Assembly: GCA_041691255.1 (NCBI GenBank)
Contig: JBEPUY010000005.1
Coordinates: 22,114 to 86,113, forward strand
Origin: Granulicella sp.
Lineage (GTDB): Bacteria; Acidobacteriota; Terriglobia; Terriglobales; Acidobacteriaceae
Direction: 5' to 3'
Length of the DNA: 64,000 nt
The notes under the pieces are model-generated. The model saw only the letters and a program-made list of their open reading frames with translations. It made no database searches and was not told the DNA's origin. The position numbers and the translations under genes are program-made. Numbering within the stretch: position 1 is the stretch's first letter; every line of letters starts with the position of its first letter. Below, in pieces: positions 28,832-35,706 of the stretch.

Positions 28832-30784
28832 ATGTGCGGAATTGTTGGTTATATCGGTCCCCAGCCCGTCGTCCCCGTCATCATTGAAGGCCTGCGCCGT
28901 CTCGAATATCGCGGCTACGACTCCGCCGGCATCGCCGTAGCGGGCAATTCCAGCGGTCTCGAACTTCGCCGCGCTCCAGGCAAGCTGCGCAACCTCGAAG
29001 CCGTCATCGCCGAGCATCCCCTCCACGGCACCTTCGGCATCGGCCACACTCGCTGGGCCACCCACGGCCGCCCGACTGAAGAGAACGCGCACCCCCACCG
29101 CGACTGCACCGGAACCCTCGTCGTCGTCCACAACGGCATCGTCGAGAACTATCTCGCTCTAAAAAAAGAGCTTACCGCCTCCGGCCACAAGTTCGTCACC
29201 GAGACCGACACCGAGATCATCGCCCACCTGATCGAAGAAGAGATCAAGCAGGCCCCCGGCATCGTCCTCGAAGAGGCCGTCCGCCGCACCGTCCACCGCC
29301 TCACCGGAGCCTTCGCCATCGGCGTCCTCTCCGCCAACGAGCCCAACAAGCTCGTCGCCGCCCGCATGGGCCCGCCCGCCGTCATCGGCATCGGCGAAGG
29401 CGAATACTTCCTCGCCTCCGACGTCCCCGGCATCCTCCACCACACCCGCAACATCCACTTCCTGCAGGATGGAGAGATCGCCGTCCTCACCCCCACCGGC
29501 GTCACCCTCACCGACTTCGAAGCCAAGCCTCTGCCCTTAAAAGTCCAGCGCATCGCCTGGGATCCCATCCAGGCCGAAAAGGCTGGCTACAAGCACTTCA
29601 TGCTCAAAGAAATCAACGAGCAGCCCCGCGCCATCCGCGACACCACCCTCGGCCGCGTCTCGCTCGACACCGGCAAGGTCTTCCTCAGCGAGATGCAGAT
29701 CACCGACGAGGACTTCCGCACCGCCAGCCAGATCACCATCGCCGCCTGCGGGACGTCATGGCATGCGGGGCTCGCCGGAAAATTCATGATCGAGCGCCTC
29801 GCCCGCCTCCCCGTCGATGTCGACTACGCCAGCGAGTATCGCTACCGCGATCCCATCGCCGACCCGCACGCCATCGGCCTGCTCATCACCCAGTCCGGCG
29901 AAACCGCCGACACCATCGCCGCCCAGCGCGAGTTGATCTCGAAGGGCAGCAAAACCCTCGCCATCTGCAACGTCGTCGGAGCAGCGGTCACCCGCGAGGC
30001 ACAGGGAACCATCACCACCAACGCAGGCCCCGAGATCGGCGTCGCCTCCACCAAGGCCTTCACCGCCCAGCTCACCGCGCTCTTTATCCTCGCGCTGCGC
30101 CTCGCCCAGGTCCGCGGCACCATCACCGATGCCGAATCCCTCCACCTGGTCACCGAGCTCTCTCGAATCCCCGGCAAGCTCGACCACATGCTCAACCTCA
30201 CCGGAGCCACCGGCACCTCCGAGGGCGTCGCCGCTCCCAAGCCGGTTCCCGTTCCCGACCGCCGCACCCAGTCTCGCCTGCCTCTCACCCAGCAGTGCGA
30301 AGAGCTGGCCAAGATCTTCCACACCGCCAATGACTTCCTCTTCCTCGGCCGCGGCATCCACTACCCCATCGCCCTCGAAGGCGCGCTCAAGCTCAAGGAG
30401 ATCTCCTACATCCACGCCGAAGGCTACCCTGCGGGCGAGATGAAGCACGGCCCGAACGCTCTCATTGACGAGTCGCTCCCGGTCGTCTGCATCGCGACCA
30501 AAGACTCCAACGATCCTTCTAGCGTCCTGAAGTACGAAAAGACCCTGAGCAACATTCAGGAGGTCACCGCCCGCAGCGGCCGCGTCATCGCCATCGCCAC
30601 CGAAGGCGACACCGAGATCGGCCAGTTGGTCGAGCACACCATCTACATCCCCCAGGCCCCCGAACTCCTCCTCCCCCTGCTAGAAGTAGTCCCCCTCCAA
30701 CTCCTCGCCTACCACATCGCCGTAAGAAGAGGCTGCGACGTAGACCAACCCAGAAACTTGGCTAAATCTGTAACCGTCGAGTAG
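28832..30784 (+). CDS. glmS: Glutamine--fructose-6-phosphate aminotransferase (isomerizing)
   Basis: The N-terminus 'MCGIVGYIG' (Ntn Cys), two SIS domains, and the C-terminus '[15 protein letters not shown]' identify glmS. It is 650 aa because of an internal low-complexity insertion. Confidence 0.95.
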   Translation: MCGIVGYIGPQPVVPVIIEGLRRLEYRGYDSAGIAVAGNSSGLELRRAPGKLRNLEAVIAEHPLHGTFGIGHTRWATHGRPTEENAHPHRDCTGTLVVVHNGIVENYLALKKELTASGHKFVTETDTEIIAHLIEEEIKQAPGIVLEEAVRRTVHRLTGAFAIGVLSANEPNKLVAARMGPPAVIGIGEGEYFLASDVPGILHHTRNIHFLQDGEIAVLTPTGVTLTDFEAKPLPLKVQRIAWDPIQAEKAGYKHFMLKEINEQPRAIRDTTLGRVSLDTGKVFLSEMQITDEDFRTASQITIAACGTSWHAGLAGKFMIERLARLPVDVDYASEYRYRDPIADPHAIGLLITQSGETADTIAAQRELISKGSKTLAICNVVGAAVTREAQGTITTNAGPEIGVASTKAFTAQLTALFILALRLAQVRGTITDAESLHLVTELSRIPGKLDHMLNLTGATGTSEGVAAPKPVPVPDRRTQSRLPLTQQCEELAKIFHTANDFLFLGRGIHYPIALEGALKLKEISYIHAEGYPAGEMKHGPNALIDESLPVVCIATKDSNDPSSVLKYEKTLSNIQEVTARSGRVIAIATEGDTEIGQLVEHTIYIPQAPELLLPLLEVVPLQLLAYHIAVRRGCDVDQPRNLAKSVTVE

Positions 30785-30787
30785 CTT

Positions 30788-30829
30788 ATATCCCACCCTT
30801 CGCAGAGGCGCGAAGGATGGGGCACCCGG
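30788..30829 (+). repeat. REP-type palindromic element, copy 1
   Basis: The sequence is TATCCCACCCTTCGCagaggcGCGAAGGATGGGGCACCCGG. The same imperfect palindrome occurs at 31490, 32079 and 59568. Confidence 0.85.
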
Positions 30830-30913
30830 CAAAGAGTGTAACGGTGGAATAGCCAGCTTTATCAATCATTTATAGTGCAGTAACTTAAAGTTGTAACTAG
30901 AATTGCGTCTATT

Positions 30914-31438
30914 GTGTTAATTGATGAGGTTGGAATGTGGTTTCGAGAGTTAGCCACCTTTGTTATAGCGATATATGGTGCCATAGTGTCAACCATCGCG
31001 CTTAGGTCAAATATAAAAAAAGAACGTCAAAATGTCGGGAAACTGACATTATGTGCCAGCATTGCGTGTGTTGAACCCGCTATTGAGGGCGCACGAACGA
31101 CTACCTCATTCATCTTGGCTCAAAGCTCTATACCGTTGCTTCCTGAAGGAGATCGCCAGTTCGTCATCAGATGCACCAATATTGGCACAAGACCATTAAC
31201 TTTAGTCAATTGGGCACTCATTTCTCGGTCTCAAGACGGGGGTGTCTTCCGTGCTGCGACCACATTTGTCCATCGACTGGAAGAGAGTGAATCAGCATCA
31301 TTCATAATAAGCGACTTCAATAAGCTGAGAAGCAAGGTTACGGGACTGTGCGTGGAAGATACACACGGCAGATACTGGAATTTACCTGACACGGAGTTCA
31401 TAAAAATGAAAGAGGTAATGCTAGAGTACCGACTTTGA
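30914..31438 (+). CDS. Hypothetical membrane-anchored protein (low-GC orphan)
   Basis: 174 aa. It has one N-terminal TM helix (FVIAIYGAIVSTIAL) and a beta-rich C-terminal part. The surrounding DNA is markedly AT-rich. The start is uncertain (GTG 30914 or ATG 30935). Confidence 0.45.
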   Translation: MLIDEVGMWFRELATFVIAIYGAIVSTIALRSNIKKERQNVGKLTLCASIACVEPAIEGARTTTSFILAQSSIPLLPEGDRQFVIRCTNIGTRPLTLVNWALISRSQDGGVFRAATTFVHRLEESESASFIISDFNKLRSKVTGLCVEDTHGRYWNLPDTEFIKMKEVMLEYRL

Positions 31439-31449
31439 AGGCGGGTGGC

Positions 31450-31466
31450 CGGGTGCCCCATCCTAT
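31450..31466 (-). repeat. Half REP (truncated copy)
   Basis: GGGTGCCCCATCCTATA matches the outer arm of the REP only. Confidence 0.6.
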
Positions 31467-31489
31467 AACTCCAACCAACCACAAAACCT

Positions 31490-31530
31490 CGGGTGCCCCA
31501 TCCTTCGCGCTTTTGCGAAGGGTGGGATGT
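31490..31530 (-). repeat. REP-type palindromic element, copy 2 (inverted orientation)
   Basis: The sequence is CGGGTGCCCCATCCTTCGCGCTTTTGCGAAGGGTGGGATGT. It lies 18 bp upstream of the RAYT start. Confidence 0.85.
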
Positions 31531-31547
31531 AAAATTCTCCCACCCCC

Positions 31548-32057
31548 ATGCCCACCGGCCTCAGACGCTACCAAGAGACACAGAACTTCCACTTCATCAC
31601 CTTCAGTTGTTACCGCCGCCAACCCTTCCTCAAAACGGACACCGCAAAAGACACCCTCCAACACATCCTCGAACAGACCCGTCAACGACAGAGACTCTGC
31701 ATTGCGGCCTACGTCCTTATGCCCGAGCACATCCATCTCCTCACCGACGAACCCGACCTCGGAACCCTCGCAACCTTTCTCCAGATCTTCAAACAACTCA
31801 CCTCCCGCCAACTAAAATCCCCCGACCAGAAACAGTTCTGGCAACGCCGCTACTACGACTTCAACGTCCACTCTGAAGAAAAGCGCGTCGAAAAAGTCCG
31901 TTACATCCACCGCAACCCGGTCACTCGCGGCCTCGTCCTCCACCCCGAAGACTATCGCTGGAGTAGCTTCAACCACTACGCCACCGGCGAACCCGGTCCC
32001 GTCGAGATAGAGTCAGAATGGACCGCCCGCCTCCGCGAACGTCAGCTTCAGACATAG
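31548..32057 (+). CDS. REP-associated tyrosine transposase (RAYT; IS200/IS605-like Y1 HUH transposase)
   Basis: 169 aa. It has 'YVLMPEHIHLL' (HUH), 'FWQRRYYDF', and 'YIHRNPVTRGLV..PEDYRWSS'. It is flanked by inverted REPs. Confidence 0.9.
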   Translation: MPTGLRRYQETQNFHFITFSCYRRQPFLKTDTAKDTLQHILEQTRQRQRLCIAAYVLMPEHIHLLTDEPDLGTLATFLQIFKQLTSRQLKSPDQKQFWQRRYYDFNVHSEEKRVEKVRYIHRNPVTRGLVLHPEDYRWSSFNHYATGEPGPVEIESEWTARLRERQLQT

Positions 32058-32078
32058 AGATAGACGAACCAGCGGCTT

Positions 32079-32120
32079 ACATCCCACCCTTCGCAAAAGC
32101 GCGAAGGGATGGGGCACCCG
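32079..32120 (+). repeat. REP-type palindromic element, copy 3
   Basis: The sequence is ACATCCCACCCTTCGCAAAAGCGCGAAGGGATGGGGCACCCG. It lies 21 bp after the RAYT stop, inverted relative to copy 2. Confidence 0.85.
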
Positions 32121-32155
32121 AACTTTCACGATGACCTCACCGGCTGCGTAACAAC

Positions 32156-32248
32156 CAAGTGGCCACAAGTCCCCAACCTTGACAAACCCCCGCCCCAGAA
32201 GCACCCCCTCTACACGGACACCCCCACCCAGGTCATACTTCAAGTCCA
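32156..32248 (+). repeat. Left part of a ~145-bp repeat (R145) interrupted by the IS1-family element
   Basis: It aligns by eye with 36725..36812 (CCAACCTTGACAAA...CCAGAAGCACC...TCTACAC.GACACCC...CCCAGGTCATACTTCAAGTCCA). Confidence 0.75.
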
Positions 32249-33279
32249 GGTAGTGTCCTAATTTGGATTTCGGCTTTATGTTGCGCTGTTATGTTCGGGG
32301 TGGGGACACTTTTTCCAGCCTTGCATACTGGAAACGGGGGAAATAGGCAGATAATCGAGCCCGTCGCGCTTGATGATATCCCCAAATTTATAAATTCTGA
32401 AAATGTATTGAAAACTAAGCGAATGGGATCGCTGAAAATGTCCTCGTAGAGAATTACGCCCCACAAATGGGCGTAAAGATTTCTTCCTCCGGCTATAACT
32501 TTGTCTTTCCACATTTGTTCCGAAATTGTAATGTCCAAGGGCACTTTAATGGCATCTCCGCTTGGACGAATAATTTCGATTACGGCAGTACTAAATTCTG
32601 TGCGTTCCGGTTCGGCATCGGAAGCCGTTATTTCGCATTCATGTCGAATCAAAACATTAACCGCGTCCGTTTGACCGAAATTTCCGACCGCAATTTCAAT
32701 ATCTTGCCATGGGAAATCAATCGAAATTTCAGTCAGTGGCAACGGGTTGAATGTAATTCGTGCGCGCTCTTTGGTTTTCATCATCTTGATCTGGTCGTTC
32801 GCAGCTCTCGCGCTGTCTTTGGCAGCCGCAACGGAGTCTTTAAGAATGCCAGTTTGCTCGCCCATGTGTCCGGCTTGGGTTTTCACCAAATCGGATTGTT
32901 GCCTCATGGCATTGAGCGTGTTGTGCATGATGATGCGCTGCAAGCGCATTTCTTTGGCTTGCGCGTGGATGCGAAGAAGAGTAACGACGGCAACTACGAT
33001 GCCAGCGATTCCGACAAGAACCAACGCGAAAGTTTCCCAAAACGCAGCTTTGTCGTATCTATCCTTGGCTGGGGTAGAAATGACCCTTACATCGGTATAA
33101 CTGTCCTTCTTGGCTTCGGGCTGGAGGCTTGGGCTGTTGGTTTGCTGTGGCGCAACAAGCGAAGTTTGGGCGGTTGGCTTATTGCTATCGGTGCTCTGCT
33201 TTGTTTTATACGTTTGGGCGTGAGTCTGCATCGAGAAGACCGTGATCGACAGCAGGAATATCACCAAACATTTCAGCAT
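32233..33279 (-). CDS. Hypothetical type-I membrane protein (signal peptide, TM, coiled coil, beta-rich C-domain); IS passenger
   Basis: 348 aa. It has a signal peptide MLKCLVIFLLSITVFSMQTHA, a TM helix FALVLVGIAGIVVAVVTLL and a coiled-coil stretch. The coding region is low in GC. The ORF runs through IRL and its stop lies 16 bp outside the element, so the true C-terminus is uncertain. Confidence 0.45.
   Translation of the reverse strand: MLKCLVIFLLSITVFSMQTHAQTYKTKQSTDSNKPTAQTSLVAPQQTNSPSLQPEAKKDSYTDVRVISTPAKDRYDKAAFWETFALVLVGIAGIVVAVVTLLRIHAQAKEMRLQRIIMHNTLNAMRQQSDLVKTQAGHMGEQTGILKDSVAAAKDSARAANDQIKMMKTKERARITFNPLPLTEISIDFPWQDIEIAVGNFGQTDAVNVLIRHECEITASDAEPERTEFSTAVIEIIRPSGDAIKVPLDITISEQMWKDKVIAGGRNLYAHLWGVILYEDIFSDPIRLVFNTFSEFINLGISSSATGSIICLFPPFPVCKAGKSVPTPNITAQHKAEIQIRTLPGLEV
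32241..32248. repeat. Target-site duplication, left (CAAGTCCA)
   Basis: It is identical to 35514..35521. The uninterrupted sequence CTTCAAGTCCAGACTTAAC is present in the intact repeat copy near 36802-36820. Confidence 0.75.
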
Positions 33280-33326
33280 GATGGAGAAAATGTATCACAG
33301 AAATATATAGACATCCCTGATATCCG

Positions 33327-34136
33327 GTGGGACGATTGGGCATGGGTTCAGCGCTCGAATTTTTATGGACGGCCTTCCGTGACTACTGGAAGGTATGGGT
33401 TACAGGGACTGGCACAGTCGGATTCTTCCTTTTTGGTCTCGGACTTTTCGAGAGACACAGGGGGAAGTCTTTGAACTGGAAAATATATACGGCAATACTA
33501 TTCTGTACTTTTTGGTTTTTAGGGACTTTCTCAGCTTGGCACGATTCCCAGAAAAATCTACGACTAGTAATTCAGCAGCGCGAGCATGACACCAGTTCAC
33601 TGGGGAGTTGTACATCTAATTTGCGTTTGCAGACGGCACTGAAAGAATCTTGGCAGGAACGCTTTGCCGATCAGCAAAAGACAATTAATGCTTTGCAAGG
33701 ACCGGAGTTACAACAGCAGGCAACCATTAATAGTTGTGTTGTGTCTCTAGGTAAAACAAATCCATTTATTAGTACAAAAACAAGTGTTGTCGCGTTTGAT
33801 GTGGCTTCATCAATAAAACCCTCCGCATTCAAATTGGGTTCTCCCACGGTGACTTATTTTATAGCCATTGTTATCTCAACCAACAGACGGACCAACTTTT
33901 CAGGAAGGCTGAATTGCTCTTATCCTTTCAAGATCGATAGTTCTCCTCAAGTAAGCGCGAGGGAATCGAATTCCGGAATGTATGGAACCGGCTCATTCAC
34001 TGTTGTATCCGACAAAGAATACGTCTTAGCAAATGCAGATACTGGCGGCCTATGGGACGCAGCAGATCCTGTTTATCTCACAGGCGAAAGCAATACAAAA
34101 GTCATCGGCCCTTGCACTTTTAATCTCTCTCAATAA
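33327..34136 (+). CDS. Hypothetical 2-TM membrane protein with coiled coil and beta-rich C-domain; IS passenger
   Basis: 269 aa. The TM helices are VGFFLFGLGLF and AILFCTFWFLGTF. The DNA is low in GC. It is divergent from the 348-aa gene. An alternative ATG is at 33342. Confidence 0.45.
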   Translation: MGRLGMGSALEFLWTAFRDYWKVWVTGTGTVGFFLFGLGLFERHRGKSLNWKIYTAILFCTFWFLGTFSAWHDSQKNLRLVIQQREHDTSSLGSCTSNLRLQTALKESWQERFADQQKTINALQGPELQQQATINSCVVSLGKTNPFISTKTSVVAFDVASSIKPSAFKLGSPTVTYFIAIVISTNRRTNFSGRLNCSYPFKIDSSPQVSARESNSGMYGTGSFTVVSDKEYVLANADTGGLWDAADPVYLTGESNTKVIGPCTFNLSQ

Positions 34137-34194
34137 AAGCGTAAAGTTTGACAGTATGGGATAAATGTAATACAGTAATTGCAGTGAGGTTGTT

Positions 34195-35016
34195 ATGGCC
34201 AACGTACTCAGCATCGACAAGAAAATCGCGGTAATTGGAGCATTAGCAGAGGGTTCCAGTATTCGTTCCATCGAGCGGATTACCGGAGTCCACCGCGATA
34301 CGATCATGCGCCTTGGTGTAAAGGTCGGCGATGGTTGCACCGCTTTGATGGATGCGAGGATGCGGAACTTGCCCTGCAACCGTTTGGAGATGGATGAGAT
34401 TTGGGGCTTTGTCGGCAAGAAGGAACGCAACGTCAAAATGGGCGACGGAACGGAAGTCGGAAGCGTCTGGACGTGGTGCGCTATCGATGCAGAAACAAAG
34501 CTGGTTCCTTCATTTATGGTCGGAGCGCGGGACAAAGCCACTGCACACGCCTTTGTAGCTGATGTAGCAAGCCGTATGGCAAACCGAGTACAAATCTCCA
34601 CCGATGGCTTCCACGCTTATGCAGCCGCGATGCAGAAGTCTTTCGGAAATGATGTGGATTATGGGCAGATCGTTAAGGTCTATGGAACCTATGCGTTTGG
34701 GGAGCGCCGCTACAGTACATCGGGAGTTCTGTCTGCTGAGAAGAAGGTATTCACTGGCCGTCCTGATGTTGACCTGATCTCTACCAGCTATATCGAACGG
34801 TTGAACGCTACCACCCGCACCCATATGCGTCGCCTCACTCGCCTTACGCTGGCCTTTAGCAAAAAGCGTGAGAATTTCGTTGCAGCGGTCGGACTTCACT
34901 TTGCCTATTACAACTTCGTTAAACGCCACAACACACTTCGCTGCACTCCTGCTATGGCAGCGGGTGTGACTGGTTCTATGTGGAGCGTTGGAGATTTAGT
35001 AGAGGCGGCAGAATGA
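34195..35016 (+). CDS. IS1-family DDE transposase (single-ORF type with N-terminal HTH)
   Basis: 'LEMDEIWGFVGKK' corresponds to IS1 InsB 'DEMWGYVG'. 'ISTDGFHAYAAA' corresponds to 'TDGWPLY'. 'YIERLNATTRTHMRRLTRLTLAFSKK' corresponds to '[25 protein letters not shown]'. Confidence 0.85.
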   Translation: MANVLSIDKKIAVIGALAEGSSIRSIERITGVHRDTIMRLGVKVGDGCTALMDARMRNLPCNRLEMDEIWGFVGKKERNVKMGDGTEVGSVWTWCAIDAETKLVPSFMVGARDKATAHAFVADVASRMANRVQISTDGFHAYAAAMQKSFGNDVDYGQIVKVYGTYAFGERRYSTSGVLSAEKKVFTGRPDVDLISTSYIERLNATTRTHMRRLTRLTLAFSKKRENFVAAVGLHFAYYNFVKRHNTLRCTPAMAAGVTGSMWSVGDLVEAAE

Positions 35017-35324
35017 ATAACATAGAAGAACTTAGGGACGTGATTCGCAAGCTACACGGCGTGGACGCTACGCACCGTGAAAGCGTTCCTGTTCACGAGA
35101 TATTTCAGGGCAAAACGATATGGCAAGGCTTTGTAGAGGTTTTCGACCTAAAAGGTCATCCCGAAACCAATACAGCCTATGCCTGGTCGCACGATACGGA
35201 CGACCCCGACAATCCGCGTCGGCACGTTACCGTGCTCCACATTGATCCAGCCCTATCCCCACTCAACGCCGTTAGAACGGCCATCATGCAGGAGTTCTAC
35301 AGCAATGCCAGCCCAGAAGCCTAA
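35013..35324 (+). CDS. Hypothetical protein, translationally coupled to the transposase
   Basis: An ATGA overlap joins it to the transposase stop (35013-35016). It is 103 aa, 'MNNIEELRDVIRKLHG...'. I recognised no motif. Confidence 0.5.
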   Translation: MNNIEELRDVIRKLHGVDATHRESVPVHEIFQGKTIWQGFVEVFDLKGHPETNTAYAWSHDTDDPDNPRRHVTVLHIDPALSPLNAVRTAIMQEFYSNASPEA

Positions 35325-35490
35325 GAAGGTCGGTCGTCCCAAACTTGCCAAAGGGGAAGCAAAAGGCAAGATCGTGCCTATCCGGTTCAATGCGGAAGAC
35401 ATTAAGAAAGTTACTGCGGCAGCGAAGGCGAATAAACAGACAGTGTCCGAATGGGTTAGGAGCACTTTGTATGCCAGACTCGAAGCCTAA
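35305..35490 (+). CDS. Small ribbon-helix-helix-like (CopG/antitoxin-like) DNA-binding protein
   Basis: 61 aa. It has a basic N-terminus, then 'KIVPIRFNAEDIKKVTAAAKANKQTVSEWVRSTLYARL' (beta-strand then two helices). It overlaps the preceding ORF by 20 nt. Its stop lies at the inner edge of IRR. Confidence 0.5.
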   Translation: MPAQKPKKVGRPKLAKGEAKGKIVPIRFNAEDIKKVTAAAKANKQTVSEWVRSTLYARLEA

Positions 35491-35513
35491 AGAATTCAAA
35501 TTAGGACACTACC

Positions 35514-35521
35514 CAAGTCCA
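35514..35521. repeat. Target-site duplication, right (CAAGTCCA)
   Basis: See the left copy. An 8-9 bp duplication is what IS1-family elements generate. Confidence 0.75.
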
Positions 35522-35583
35522 GACTTAACTCCCCTGTTTCGAAGACTTTGGGTACTTAAGTACGGGGGAGGGGGTACCTTCTC
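35514..35583 (+). repeat. Right part of the interrupted R145 repeat
   Basis: CAAGTCCAGACTTAACTCCCCTGTTTCGAAGACTTTGGGTACTTAAGTACGGGGGAGGGGGTACC aligns with 36806..36868. Confidence 0.75.
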
Positions 35584-35706
35584 TCCGAGGCAGCCAGACC
35601 ACCCTAAACTCAACATTCCGGAGGCCAACCAGAGTTCCTTAATTTGCCGATCCGAAACAAGTTATGCCATAAGGGCCGCCCCTTATCGAATTCCCAAAAG
35701 AGGAAA

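Larger units (their letters stand above)
32249..35513 (+). mobile_element. IS1-family insertion sequence carrying passenger genes (3,265 bp)
   Basis: IRL is GGTAGTGTCCTAATTTGGATTT (32249->). IRR is the reverse complement GGTAGTGTCCTAATTTGAATTC (<-35513). The first 17 nt are identical and the ends fit GGnnnTG. A direct repeat CAAGTCCA(G) lies at 32241-32248/9 and 35514-35521/2. An IS1-type DDE transposase is inside. An intact target-like sequence occurs at 36806-36822. Confidence 0.8.
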
